A stretch of 64,000 bases of DNA from Rhodosorus marinus CCMP1338 (lineage: Eukaryota > Plantae > Rhodophyta), in contig JAMWBK010000009.1 in NCBI GenBank assembly GCA_029953675.1, forward strand, positions 1,612,001-1,676,000. Reading direction: 5' to 3'. The position numbers and the translations under genes were made by a program. The stretch's first letter is position 1, and every line of letters starts with the position of its first letter. Positions 35,801-49,619 of the stretch are shown one piece after another. Below the pieces are notes generated by a model that was not told the DNA's origin, did no database searches, and was given only the letters and a program-made list of their open reading frames with translations.

Positions 35801-38800
35801 TGGCTACAACTTCAAGACCACGCGACCTGCTATCGTACCGAATCTTGACCCACAAGTTCCTAGGAGATCTAGATCGCAACGTGATCTTCTTCTCTATAGC
35901 AAAAGCTTTGCTCTCATGAGCGATCCCCTGGCCGAGGTTAAGCGCGCCATCCTCGTCGGCCTCCGGAATTTCAATCAGAGGCTTCACGATGCTGTTCACG
36001 CAAACTTGAAGTACTCGTTTGAACACCTCTTCGCCTTTCGTACATTGCACGAGCACGCTCTGAAAATGTCTTCCGGAGGAAACAGAAGCAACTTCCAGGT
36101 CTATTGTGATCTGCAATGGCAACCATACGCAAGAACCCACTCAGCGCCGAAACAGTTATGGCGAACTTGTGTATTAGTGAATAGCTATCGCTGAAAGCAC
36201 TCACGCTCTTCTCCACGCCGATTTCACCAGCAAGCGGGAAGGCGACAACCTCAACGTCAGAGGATACATCAACCTGCTGCGACCCGAGTCCGTTCTCCTT
36301 CGACGAGCTTTCCCGAAAAGTAGCTCTGTGACGGTAAGAAAAATCGCATATCCAACTCCTTTAACTCCTGGCACCAACAGATCAACAGATAAAGTTCGTC
36401 CCCACCCAACTAGCGGAAGCTTACCCCTTGGATTCAGGCGTGCCAGAGGATCCGGCTCCCCTGTTCGAATGTTTCGGAATAATGAGGCGAAACTCGAGAG
36501 GCTCAAGCAACATGTTCCTTATCACGAAAGATGATCTCTTGCTTTCCCCGCCAACCACAACTTCGTTCAGCTCCACGCTCCGTGTGCTAAGCCCAATTGC
36601 CTCAAGGTTGTTCTCGTTGAGCAGGAGCTGCTCGGGAGATGACTTTCCTACAAGTTCCGCCTACAAAGATTGAAAAGCCGGCTTTGTGAGCGGGTTCGTC
36701 AATGCGCTTGCAGACTAGACCCTGCTCTCTGTATTGATAATTCTCGTACCTCCTGTACCCGGGATTTTACGGGGGCCCTTGCTCTTTTTATGTGGGCAGT
36801 GCAGTCAATCGCCTCCAGTTGATCTTTGTTCTTCGTTTCGTAAATATTTATTGCAAAGAAAATCTTCTTCGATGCGCTGCCCTCCGCGGGAACTATTCTC
36901 ACTTGTAGATATCGGCCTTCCCCGCCTTTCACTGGGACCACTTTGCTGACCTGAAGACGTTGTCCTTCCGAGGCCGAATCCTGTTGTATGGAAGAGATGT
37001 TCTTAATGAGTTTCTGCTTATGGTCATATGTTGTCCGAGATCATCCTGAGCAAAGAGTAGACTACCACTTCAGCCGCGCTCTCCTCTGATTGTGCGTCTT
37101 GAGCTTTCAGCTGTGCTATCGTTTCCATAGCTTTCTCGGCTTTCGCCAATTTGCCTTTTCGCTTATATGCCTCCACCTTCATCTGCAGGGATGCAATATC
37201 CTCAGACTGCGGGAGGGATTCCAGATGTTGAGCCTGGTCTTCAACGTATAGTATACAGGACGGGAGCGGGGCTTCGTTGCTAGCGTTTGCCTAACCAGCG
37301 AAATGCATTGCATGTCAGACCACTCGTCACCTGTTCTTCCTGGCCATGACCACAACTGTTACCTCGGTCTGGACTGATCGGAATCCAACTTCAGCCGCAA
37401 ACTTTCTAGCCTTGTCCGAATCGTTGGTAATTTTCACGCGAAGAACCTCCTCCGAAGGACCATTTGATGGCACCCGTCCGAAATCGGTCTTCGAGAGAAC
37501 CTCTAAGTGGAAGTTCCGCCTCTTAAGTACTTCTGCCTTGATTTTCACGGACTGAACGTCGCGGGGGTCGAGGAAATTGTTGATCGTGATAACTTCCTCG
37601 TAGAAGCCAGCAAGGCTCGGTGAAAATACGAAATGAATCTTTCGAAGTGCAGATGAACACCACGCTAGACGGTCAGCAAGAGCAGAGCTGGTGATTTTCG
37701 GCATTTCGTCGGTGATTGTCTTACTTCTTTAGATGAGTAAGGCCTCACAACCCCGAATCTTCCCACATCAAACCGAAGATCGCCGCTTGCTACAGAACCT
37801 GATTTCTGTATCCCGTAGAGCAATGGTGCTTCTGCTTTGTTTTGAACAACAATGGATTTTGCTCTGCGCTCATTTAGCCGTAGTTTGCCAAAATTCAGTA
37901 CCTTTTGAGCAACTTCGAGTTCACTGCGGCATGCTAGCACTGAGAGAGTAAGCTCTCGTGGAGCAATCTTCGAGGAAAAAAATGAAAACCAAAACATTAG
38001 CTTGAAAAACAAGACACCCACCACGCGCTTGATCACTAGACCTGCCAGTACCTGTGCTGGGTCCAGGGGAAACTCTTCGCGGGTTTTGTGCGATGATAGT
38101 CTCGTCTCGTCAAACTCGACGAGTCTTACGTAGAGTTTCTCTTCAATCGGCCTAAAGCGCGCGCGATGCCCAGTTTCCCTGCCGCCGCGGGCGAAGCAAT
38201 AGGTGGTTGAGCACAAGACTAGAACGAAAAGCCCTGTGACCTATCTAACCTATCTAAGCATTCTCACCATTTGTGAGCTACTGGGGTATAGCAAGCGAAG
38301 AGCGTTGATGTTTCCTCCCCAGAAAGCGAGACCTCCGAAGTCCTCTCAATGAGACCATAAGCGCTTGCCTGCTTAAGAAGCACCATCGGCTTCAGTCTCT
38401 TGTCCATGTAGCTACAGCAGAAGGGTAGAGCAAGGCCGGATCGAGGAGCGAAAATTGTTCTGTGAGCAACTCCGGAGTGCGCGTCAGGGCTTGTCGTGAG
38501 TAGTAAATACCTTCTCTCCGCGTCAGCTTGGGCAAAATAAGTTGGAATCGACGCCACATACTTCAGGCTCTCAAGGAGATCCGCAATTATTGTATTGTAC
38601 ATAACAACCTTCTCGACTTTTCCTGCAGCAGAACGGACGCAAGCAATTTCAGTCATGCATCTCTACAGTGGATGCTAGGAAAACGTTAGTTGCCCTCTGA
38701 ATGTGTCTCGCACCGTTATCGCTCTCCGTTTGCTGGTCAGTGGCTGATGACTGACTCGTATTCTTCCGAGTGGAAGCGCTCCGCGAACCTCCGCCTCCAG

Positions 38801-41289
38801 GACGCGAAGACATTCCGGGGAAGCTTTGCAGCACAAACAAGGCAACCTGCGCGCTGCCCCGGAAGCTGAGCTTGAGCCTCTGAGTAGTTATGTTCCGCAC
38901 CTGAATTAAATTTGAAAATTATGAATTATTATGTACATGAGCTTGACTTGAAGTCCATCATACGTCCTCTACAACACGAAACCCGGCTTACTTCGAACGT
39001 TGTGATGGCTGGATAGCCCTCGACAGTCATGCCCATGTCCACCTCGTTTGCTGGTGTTGGAGCAAGGATCTTGTAGAAAAGTGCGTGGACGGACACTTTG
39101 TTCCGGTCAACGACGTTTGCTCGCAGCACGAAAACTGAATCATTCTTCCTGTTTCTGCGATTGACGATGGTAATCTGCTTCTCATACTCCGGGTTGACCT
39201 TTCTAGGCACATAATTAAGAAGCAGGTCATACCATTGCCTCTTCGCGATAACCATATCTCGTACCGCTGCCGTAACACATTTCGAGACGTATTTGACATT
39301 GATAAAAGCTGGAAGGTCCGAATAATTAAAAATTCGAACGACGGTCGAGCTCTGAGTCTGTACATTGCAGTCTCCAAGGTTGACCTGCCAACGATTTCGT
39401 TTCTTCAGTCTCCAAAGCAATCCTTCGTGGCGAGGTGTGCTTCAATGCTTACCTCCTTGGGACTGATTTTCACAATGGACTCGCAAACGCGTGATCGGCA
39501 ATAAATAGTCTTCGATACGTGTGTAGACGATCGAAAAAGAAGACGAAACGATTTGTTCTGCAGAGTACCAGATTTCAGCGCCGTTGAACGTGGGCCACTT
39601 CCGCCTTCAGCCGTGCTGACGGTGGGTAGGAACCAGATTCTTAGCCATTTGGTCTAATTCAACCAAGAAAAGATGGGGCTGTCAGGATGCGGGTCCATCT
39701 ATGCATCAGCTGGTATTGGATTTTGGGATCAATCAACCTGGCCAGGGTTCAGCGAGAGTTCTTCAATGCTGTTTCTCTTGTACGAGTGCCATTTTTCTTC
39801 AGTTCCTTCCGCACCTGAGTCCTGATTTTCTTCCTGCATTGTGGCCAGAGACCTGTTCTTAGCTCTAGAATTCTCAAAGTTTAAATCTACATATGGGATC
39901 AGTTTTTGCGCTCACCTTCGAAGTGCTAGTCCCGTTGTCACCGAATCCGTTCGCAGATCTACTCGATCCTTGGTCTCCCGGACGAGCTGAGCTTGTCAAT
40001 ACCTGCGGGGTGCTCTGCCCGGTACTAGCTGGAGACGTCGGGGAGAGGTCTGAAATAGATTCCAGACGCTGGCCGGGAGTTGATTCATCCTCCTCCCGCA
40101 TTGCAAGCTCATAGGCAATGTGAGAGGGTACGTCAGACGACATCTTGATAGCTAATGGCTCATCGTGAATATTTCGTAGCCAAATCTTCTTCGGATACGG
40201 ATGAAATGCGTATCTGTCCCCAAAATCGAGTTCATCCCCACAGCTAATTTCCAGGCCAGTAATGGGGGTATCCACAGTCACGGTTGCGAAGATCCGAATC
40301 GACTGTGTATTCTGAACATTTCTCGTGTTGTTAATATCGAGTACGTACTCAACCTGTTCGGACAAGAAAACCGTGTATTTCAGAAACATGCTCCATCAGT
40401 TGTTCACGTGACCACGTCAGACTGGTTGTCTTGATCACACCTCTCCTACTTTCAGCGGCTGGAATATGACTCGTAGCCTTTTGTGACTGAAATTTCCTAA
40501 CTCTATTCTTGCGCCCTGAGCTGCCAGTGATGCTCCCGTCTCGTAGTCTGAGTACTGTAGTACGGGATTCTCATCGCTTCCATTCTCTCCAATGATGTTG
40601 GTAGACCTCAACCGAACAATTGTGGGGATCTCAGAACAGTTCCGCACTGTGAAGTCTTTCACATACTTCTTCAGCGGTTCACATGAGTTAAACATTAACT
40701 CTGCTACCTCAGCATTAATTATTGATGCGCAAATTCTCCCCTTGACATCCACGTATTTTTCTTCCGACGCTTCTACGTTTTCGTCTGATGTGGACTCAAC
40801 GATCTGCTCCTTGGCGACAATTTTTCCAGCGAAATGCACGAGCTCTTGCTTGTCAACTGAATCCGGACTTGAGAGAGGCTGAAACTTTGCAAGGATCAGC
40901 TTATTTGAGTGTGGTGACACCTAATTGACAGAAAAATATTTGTAAGTTTTTCTTTTTTCTCGTACGCAACGGGGTCTCATCGCACTCACAGTAAACCACT
41001 GATCTCGCAGGCCCTCATGGAACATCAGGTTCTCATCTTCGCCAAAAACCGGTGGATCAGGAACCGCCTCTTCGGGATCAGCAGTTTCTGCATCAGCCTC
41101 GAAGATTTCCTCAAAGTCGATTCTGTCAGCAACAGCCAGCAAGTCAGAGTCACCGGCGAGTTGCACATTCAAAACCCTATCCTGATCATTGCTTATTACA
41201 ATCCTACGTGAAATTCCCGGTTCACCGCATGCAACCTCTCCTAAGTGGATCTCAGAAGAGCTCCCACCAGCCGTCATCCGCCAACCCAT
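29819..41289 (-). CDS. Giant uncharacterised protein (roughly 3,000 aa, 25+ exons) with at least 10 ASH/PapD-like Ig-fold repeats and a helical C-terminus
   Basis: Continuous chain of minus-strand exons from ATG 41289 to stop 29819 with no internal G/T-rich leader. Recurring L[DN][FL]G-x(8-14)-hxhxN motif (IHLGE..IVISN, LDFGD..IWLRN, VNLGD..VRIFN, LNFGK..IVVQN, TDFGR..VKITN, LNLGA..FTITN). Confidence 0.8.
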
Positions 41290-42178
41290 TCTGAACCTAT
41301 CCCGAGCGCTGGCAACCCTATAAACAAAACCCTAACCCGTAATCAACCCAAAATCGCTCTACACATTCTTCCTCCAGGACAAACCTAACCAACCTCCTGT
41401 CCTTCAACAAACTAGAGCTATCTATATACAACAAAATTTACATTTAAAACCACAGCGAAAGTCTGTGAAAACCGTGCTCAATAAATCTTCAGGCCATCCT
41501 CACCCTCCGCAGGCTATCTTCACCATCCTCAACTACACGAAACCTCAAAAAGAAGCACCCCACCTACCTACAACGAAACTAGGTTGAAAGCTGAATGTCC
41601 CATATCCCGGAAACTTTTGGCTGGCCAATACCGTGTGGCGAATGATACCCGATCCGATTTCCTCCTCCACAGGTCGTTATATCGCTCAACGTCTTCTTTA
41701 TTCACGATATATTAGTGTTTATACTTTATATTTAATTTTATTGCATAAAACTTGTGAGGGCTCGTAGTGCCTTTTTATTTTTTTTGATGTTCGGGTCTTT
41801 TCGAGCAAATCTGGACGACATCTTCGGTGCGAATGGCAAGGGAAGAGGGGCTGTGAAGCAATGGCCTAGTCTGCACTCTTGCGGGTTGCTATGACGCATG
41901 GCTTGACGTATCTCATTGCGAGGATGCGTCATGAGGTTCTTGTGAAGACCATAGGTGTAGATCAAAGTTTAGTGAGTTAAGATGGTCATTGTGGGCTAAT
42001 TTGAGCGGTTCGGTATGTGAGTGGTTGTACAGGGATAAGCGAGCCGTGGTTGCAAAAATCGTTTGGGCTGATTTTTTCATGGAGGTGCTGCATAAAAATA
42101 GTTCTTTAGGTGATTTGCGAAGATGACCTTGGTACTTTCCATTCATCGACTCTCAAATCGAGCGGATCTGCACAGGAC

Positions 42179-43651
42179 ATGCTATCCAGGGGGGAACTGG
42201 CTGCGTTGAGCAAAAATGAGTTGGTCGAAAGGGCTATCGAGCTACAGACACAGCTCGCAGAAGTCCAACGGTCAGTTCCTGCTCCGAATTCGCGAGAAGA
42301 AAAAGAAAGACACTCGGAAAGGAAGAGAAAGGGCCGGTCGATAGCCTTCGAGGCAAAGCGTCTTATTGCGCTCAAGGTTGCCTACATCGGGTGGATGTTC
42401 CATGGGTTCCAGATCCAGAAAAGTAAGGAAGACACCGTGGAAGGCAGGCTGTTTGAGGCTTTAAAAAGAACACAGCTTATCGAAGAAAGTGCGAGTATGT
42501 CCGATGTCGATTGGAGCCGAGGAGGTCGAACGGATGTTGGAGTTTCAGCCATAGGAAATGTTGTGGGCGTGCGCGTCCGCTGCAAACAAAACGTGGAGAT
42601 GGACTACGCGAAAATTCTTAACGGGGTGCTTCCGGATGGCCTTAGAGTTCTTTCATGGGGCCCTGCTGTCGAGGCTGGAGTGATGGTTGCTGGGCGCAGA
42701 CGTATGCGTGAAAATCAATGCTTCGACGCGAGGAACGACGCCCTGTCAAGGACGTACAAGTACCTCTTCTTCAAGAAGAATCTGGACATCGGCCTGATGA
42801 GAGAGGGAGCGAAAGCGTTTATTGGACAGCATGACTATCGGAACTATTGCAAAATAGACGTCAATGACACGAAAGCGTCATATGTCAGAGTCATTCTCGA
42901 CGTTCAGATAAATCCTGTGAAGTCTAGTCGACTTTGCCTTGACCAGAATCTCTTTGAGATCGTCGTTAAAGGCTATGCTTTCCTTTGGCATCAGATCAGA
43001 TGCATGGCAGCTGTCCTTTTCCGCGTTGGCAGCCGTTTGGAACCTCCTAGCATAGTTGAGCGACTTCTCAGGGTAGGTGATGGGGCTGAGTTTTCTGGAG
43101 GGAAACCGACCTACAGACTGGCCTCAGAGATCCCACTGATCCTGTATGATTGCGAGTACCCTCCGGGTATTGCGCCGTTCTGTGATTACCAAGCTCCAGG
43201 TGGAATGGTGAGCAAAAGAATGGATGACCCCTTCATGGACACTTGGCTTCGATATGCGATGAGAGGTACCCCACCGACAATGGTAGTCCTTTTCCAATGG
43301 CTGCATTCGTGCTAACACGGTTTCCTCGTCCTGCTTCTTGTACGAGTAGCCGCTGTTACAAGTTCCTTTATTCGTGAAGTTGATGCGATACCGATTGAAG
43401 GGGGAGCTCTGTGGGCTGATGAAAGGAATTCCAGTGAGCCCCTGATTCTTGACAAAGATCCGGAAAAGCTGGCGCTTCCGAAACGGCGAAGAGAAGGTGA
43501 GGAAAAACCATGCAAGTTTTGCAGTCGTGTGCAAATACACTCCCTGAAGTCAAGAATTTGTTTGGATATCTAAGGAACTATAGACAAGAAGCAAGAGCTG
43601 CACAGACGGAAGTTAGATAGAAAGAACAAGGCAAAATCAGCCAGTATGTAA
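42179..43651 (+). CDS. PUS3: tRNA pseudouridine(38/39) synthase, TruA/Pus3-Deg1 family
   Basis: RLIALKVAYIGWMFHGFQIQ..TVEGRLFEAL, SRGGRTDVGVSA (catalytic Asp), FDAR..RTYKY, FIGQHDYRNYCK, AFLWHQIRCM, LILYDCEY. In-frame ATG at 42179; inferred last exons end at TAA 43649-43651. Confidence 0.92.
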
Positions 43652-43694
43652 ACCGTACGTTACTGTCAGGCACAGACTGAAGCGCTCGTAAGCG

Positions 43695-44399
43695 TTAATT
43701 CAATCTTTCAAAATGGGACAAGCAGCGAAGAGGCGTATTGCCGAATGTTGCTTGCAGGATCCTGGTGGAGGAAGTCACCCACTCAAATTCTGCTGCTGAC
43801 GAGATCAATGAAAAAAAATCCCTGGTGCACAAGAAGTTGTTGTCGTTGCTATCCTCGTGCAGTCGCTTGCATAACATCCTAGCCATATATCGTCCGCGTT
43901 CGGTTGTATAACATCCCAACAAAGGAACAGACCAAAAGACTCAGTGAAATTCTCCACCACAGAGATCAAGATAAAGGGCAGTCTCCGACAAGATCAGTAT
44001 TTGGATCGGAACAATACATACCCAAGGCTGATGCGGTGGAGAAGAATCCCCTTCGGACCGGGTGATTCATAACGAACCCGTTCCAGAGGTGGGTGCTGGT
44101 CACTTCAATTTACGGTTGATATTTTCACGCACGGGTTCGTTTTGAATCCCTCCCCCTGAAGTTAAGATTCACCAGCCAGATCGGTTTAATCGGAAGACCT
44201 CCGCAGGTGAGTGTTCATTGCCTGGCTTCCTGAACTCCTGGAACTCCTGTGCTCCTTCCAATGGGCTTCTGAGGAGACGCACCTTCTCCTCAGCACTTGG
44301 CTCCCTTCCCCTATTTGTGACAGGAGCCCGTAGTGCCGTGTGGGTGTTCTTTCTGAGGAAACCATGGATAATTCTGTCCCGAGCTGCGGAGACTGCCAT
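43695..44399 (-). CDS. Possible small hypothetical gene; exon structure not resolved
   Basis: ATG at 44399 (MAVSAARDRIIHGFLRKN), several donor- and acceptor-like sites, faces an AT-rich intergenic block at 44600-44870. Confidence 0.25.
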
Positions 44400-45019
44400 G
44401 CTCTCGACTTATCGTCGGTTCCTTGAGTCGTCAAAATTTGGGGGCGGGTTGGAGGCTTCAACGCTTCAAAAGTCAAGGCTCCGCCTCCGATGGCCGGCTG
44501 ACTCGCTCGCCTCCGCTCAAAACATATCCGCGAAGGGTGCCGCAGTCTTCGCCATGCAAAAGCAAATAGCGACTACGAATTTTCCTTTCTGGAATCTGGC
44601 TTAGCCATAAACAATGACTAGAATACGGTATATATCTATATCAACGTCAAAATATAAATATTTTAAATACGATATCCGTGTATGCTTGAGTTCTTCTATT
44701 CAGAATCACTACTAGATCTGTAATTGTCCCAGATTCTCAGTTTTCCGTCTCAGCCACCGATGCTGGCACTATCGGTGGCTTGCGATAGTGACGCTATTAA
44801 AGACATTTAAATCTGGATTCAAGGATATATTAATTAATAATTGATATGTTTGCATGATGCCGAATTGTATTAGTCCGTTGATAAGTTTAGATCGAAAGCG
44901 GTGGAACGCAGTTTTAGGGCGGGGTGCGGATGCGTTGGGATTCGGAAGTGGGAGGAGGGAGAGCTGTAGTACATGGTGGTCGGATAGGGAGGGATGAGAT
45001 AGATCGAAGATAGATCAAA

Positions 45020-46820
45020 ATGGTACCCGACGCTGAGGTGAACGAGAATGAAGAAATTGAGTTGAACAATTCTTGGATCAAGTCTGACTTTCCTCTCATG
45101 TTTTTGAACAATGATTTCGATGATCGCTTCGGATGTGGTGAACAGAACGGTGTCGAGGGCCACTTTGGAGTTGACTTTGAGGACACAAAATCCCTAAGTG
45201 TGGATTTTGACGAGGTAAGCAAAGAATTTCTTGGCATTCACGTCGAGATGCCTGCCGTGTGGATTCGTTTGTTATGGATGGTTGTCATGTTCACACGCGC
45301 AAATTTTTCGCGCCGTTCGGGCTGACTTGTTGTAGCTCGTCCGGCTCCTGAGGTGCGCAATATGAACCGGTAGATTCGTGTTGAAATCCGCGCTCGCTAT
45401 CAGTAGGGCTCTCGGAAATTTCATCTGCCAACACTTTACCGGTAGCGCTTTCTATTGATTGCTGAACGTCTTATTGTTTGGTACATGCAATAGTTTTGAT
45501 TTGAAGCTCACGATGCGAGCATTAATTTCCACTATCTCGCGTTTGGCAAACAGGGTACCCTTAAGAATTGCGGGCAAGAGTCTGTAGACCGCGGGCTGCA
45601 CCCGATGAGCAGCCAGCAGTTCCCGCTTGAAGCATGGACTGACAGCACAGCACTCAATTCTCAACCTCTTGCGTCCTATGATGAGCAATCACTTGAAAAC
45701 GAGAGACTCAGATGCGCATTGGCGGAAAGGGATACGAGCGTTGAGTTGCTTCAGAAAGCTCTGCAAAAAATGAGGGATAGAAGGGCAAACACTAAGGCAC
45801 TACTCGGCTTGTACAACACGGGAAAAGAAAAGGTACGTTTAGAACGCTTTTAGTCCAATTTCTACTTGACTGTGACAGCTTAGGCTCACTTTGGTTCCTA
45901 CGAATTCCGCACACCTAGATTGCCGAGCTTGCTCAGAGGTGCGAGATGCTCACAGATGAGAAGCGGAGGATGCAGGAGGAAAATCTGCGTTCTGAACGCG
46001 AAATTAGGACAATGAGGCTCAGAATTCAGGAATTGACCAGCTCGAGGAACGCCGCGGAGTCTCAAGTACTGGAGTTGAGAAGAAAAAGAACTGCGACCGC
46101 TGATTCGGAGTTGACGCGGTTGAGTGAGGACCGCGAGGAGGCGCTTAAGCGCTGTAAGTCTCTCGAAGCGCAGGTAGCCGCGCTCCGTGAAGAGAAGGAG
46201 GAGGCGCTGCGGACAAAGCGGATTGATGGCGATGGATGGACTTCGACTAAAAAGAGAAAACTAGAGGAATCTGGAGACGAAGCTTCGTTTGTGGATCTCG
46301 GGAAGCTCCCAAGAGCAGAGTAAGTGGTCCTATTTTAGTAACAATTGGTCTTTCCTGGTTTGCTAACTTTAGGTTGCTCATGGAACCCCAGCAGTAAGAT
46401 CGAAGGAGTTTCTACTTCTCAATCCGAGGTAGAAAGGATTCTATTAGCATCATGTTGCACAGAAATGGATCTGGACTGGGTGTACAATACACTAATTTGT
46501 GAAACCATTTGGCCTTCGTTTTCCCGAATGGCTTCGAAACCGGAGGTTCTGAGTCGTCAGATCGAGGTTCTAGGTATGCTGGCTTTGTCTACGTTATGCA
46601 AGCGCTTCGTGGATTTCGGAACTGATCCACCCTTTGTTCGCCACTCGACGTTCGGTCGATCCTCTCAGGTGTAATTATTGAGAAAGGGGTTAAAGAATCT
46701 GCAGATGAGAGATCAGCTTCGGTTCTTGAGGTTCTCCGCACAAAACTAACAAAGCTAACCAACGAACCAAACGTTCATGTTTCCATCCGACGAGCGGCAG
46801 AGATTGCTTTGGGAAAGTGA
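45020..46820 (+). CDS. Coiled-coil protein with C-terminal domain resembling ICE1 (little elongation complex) / plant MEE22; first exon tentative
   Basis: Acidic exon 45020-45214 (donor GTAAGC) is in phase with an acceptor at 45553. Coiled coil ENERLRCALAERD...EEKEEAL; C-terminal DLDWVYNTLICETIWP..IEVLG..GVKES..IRRAAEIAL; TGA at 46818-46820. Confidence 0.65.
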
Positions 46821-47589
46821 TTCTTTTCATCGAGCTGCAGAGCCGAGGGGCGCTTGGCCGCATTTTGGAAGTTTCAGCCCTTTAAGAATGATCCGCATTG
46901 CTATCGTGCGACCAATGGCACCAGTCGACCCTCGCGAATTGGGCAACTGTACAACAATGGGATGAATGCAAAGTCAGCGGGAGAGGGGATACTTGAAATC
47001 CTTCTGTTGTATACCCACACAACAGATGGGTAGTACCTGGGTCCTTAGCCGATCGTGGAGCTCTCGCACTGATGTCGCTAGTAAACTCACCGCAACCCAG
47101 TTTTCCCTCAAGAAATGAAATCTGATCGTCCTCGCGCTAGTTTTAGAATGAAAGGAACCTGCTAAGAAATCACAGTTGTTTTTCTTATCACGATGAAGTC
47201 CTTCCCAGACGCTCTATTGTGCTCATCTCCATCAGGAACGGGATCGGACATCGCGGCCGTGACCAGTGCCTCGCCACAAGTCCATAGAGCATGCCCAATT
47301 ACTGATTGAAGCCGCGTCCTATGATCTAAAAAAAGACAAAATTTCCAAATTCTGGATCTCTTGCTCCTGATCCTTAATCTTGACACAAAGTACCCCTGAA
47401 ACAGCTTTGGGTATAGTTTCTTGGTGGTTTTCTGGTTTGGCTTTTGGGGATTTGGATCATACGGATGGTGAACGAATCGGGGTTGCTTGGAAGAGGGAAG
47501 GCAAGAATTAATGCTGAGTTCAGTTCACTGGCTGTCTGTTCTGGATCATTATGAAATGATTTGCGGGGTAAAATTGATCTAGTAGAGTT

Positions 47590-49337
47590 ATGACGGACAA
47601 AGAAGGTCGAGAGCAGTCCGAAGCGGAGAAGCTGAGCGAGTCCCTGCAATCCGCTCAGATTAGCGATGGCGAGGCTAAGATGTCAGAGCATCGGTTCTGG
47701 AATACTCAACCAGTACCTCAGTATGACGAGGATGATACTGAGGAGATTGGTCCCATCGATGTACGTCTCTTGATCCAGGATTTGTTGGATCTGTATGTAT
47801 AACATCTGACAGGAGAATGGGGATCGCTCCCTCCCGTGTTTTTGATTATCATACAGCCTGTTCAATCAGCTGACGAGATCCAGAAGACGCCATATCCACT
47901 GCTTGGACAGTTCGAGTGGAGTGAGTGTACCGTCGAAGACCCAAAGGAAATCGATGAGATTTACCAGTTTTTGAACAACAACTATGTGGAAGACGACGAT
48001 GCCATGTTTCGCTTTGATTATGGACGAGACTTTTTGCAATGGGCGCTGATGCCCCCTGGGTAGGGCATTCCAAACGATTCCCTTCAATGTTCCAAGAACT
48101 GGATGACGAGAACATGTGCACGTCTAACGCTTGCCTGCCTTTGTCTCTAGATGGAGAAAGGAATGGCACGTTGGAGTTCGTGTCAAGCAGTCCCGTAAGC
48201 TCGTTGGGTTTATTACAGCGATTCCAGCGCGATTGTCAATTCACGGATCGAGCAAGGACACTGTCGAGATTGATTTCCTTTGCATCCACAAGAAACTCAG
48301 ATCGAAGCGACTCGCCCCGGTCTTGATCAAAGAAATCACGCGAAGGTATCACACTGCACTAGGAATGAGAAAAGATCGCTCTTTCACTCCGAAAACCGCC
48401 TGATGCCACGAAGCCATTGGTCTAAAAGAACTTTCTTTGTCCCATGCTCTGCAGAGTAAATCTTGTGGGCATATTCCAGGCCGTTTATACTGCTGGTGTG
48501 TTGCTCCCAAGGCCACTTTCCCGTTGTCGATACCATCATCGATCGTTAAACCCAAAGAAGCTTATTAAGGTGCGCTCTACTGGATCCAGAAGATGTGGGC
48601 AGGTCAACGTGAAGGCATGTTTCCTCCGTCTTGACTGACCTTCCTCCGCTCCTATGAACGTTAGGTGGGATTCTCTCGTCTCGCCCCGAGAATGACAATG
48701 ATGAGAACGATCAAGGTGTATAAGCTGCCGGAGAAGCCAGAAACACCAGGATTCAGGAGGATGGAGGAGAAGGATGTGGACTCAGTCCTCGAGTTGATGA
48801 GAAAGAAGTACAAGGATTACAAGCTTGCGGTTGAATTTTCGAAGGAAGAAGTGGCTCATTGGATCCTGCCGCATGAAAATGTCAGTGAGAAGAGAACCCC
48901 TGCAACTTTCTCATAAACTTCCCCACAAGCATCAACGATAGCTGAAGTTCGCATCTGTTTCTGTGTTCTGTTGTCCTGTCTAGGTCGTCTATTCATATGT
49001 TGTAGAGGATCCAGAGACGAAGCAAGTGATGGATTTCTGTAGCTTTTATCTTCTCCCAAGCAGTATTATTCAGAACACGGAGTACGATACACTCAGCGCC
49101 GCGTACCTCTTCTACTATGTGGTCGATGCAACGAGAATGGAGATGGTGATGCGAGATATTCTGATTGAGGCGAGGAACGTCGGGTGTGATGTTTTCAACG
49201 CACTGGACGTGATGGAAAATACATCCTTCTTGAAGGATTTAAAGTTCCATATAGGAGATGGAGAACTTAACTACTACCTCTACAACTGGAAATGTCCTCG
49301 AATGGAACCGCAAGAAAATGGCCTCGTAATGTTGTAA
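47590..49337 (+). CDS. NMT: Glycylpeptide N-tetradecanoyltransferase (N-myristoyltransferase), multi-exon
   Basis: [96 protein letters not shown]. Confidence 0.96.
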
Positions 49338-49619
49338 CAAAATGAAGGAGCTTTAATAAAAATGATGAACGAGGCACCTTCACGTCAGGCGCAGTATGTG
49401 TGTGGGAAAAGATTTTAAATGTACAGATTTAGATGCTTATACCGAGATCCTGTCCATCCAAGCCCATTTTCTCAATCGTTTTTTGTGGTCCGACCCTCTG
49501 TTCTGAGGTGCCACACACTGCGAGATTTTCGATAAACACCGCGATTATGAGCTTTGGAGCGAGCGCGGGCGTCGTCCAAGACCTTATACTAGTGAAGGGA
49601 CCGAGCCCCTCGTGACGAT

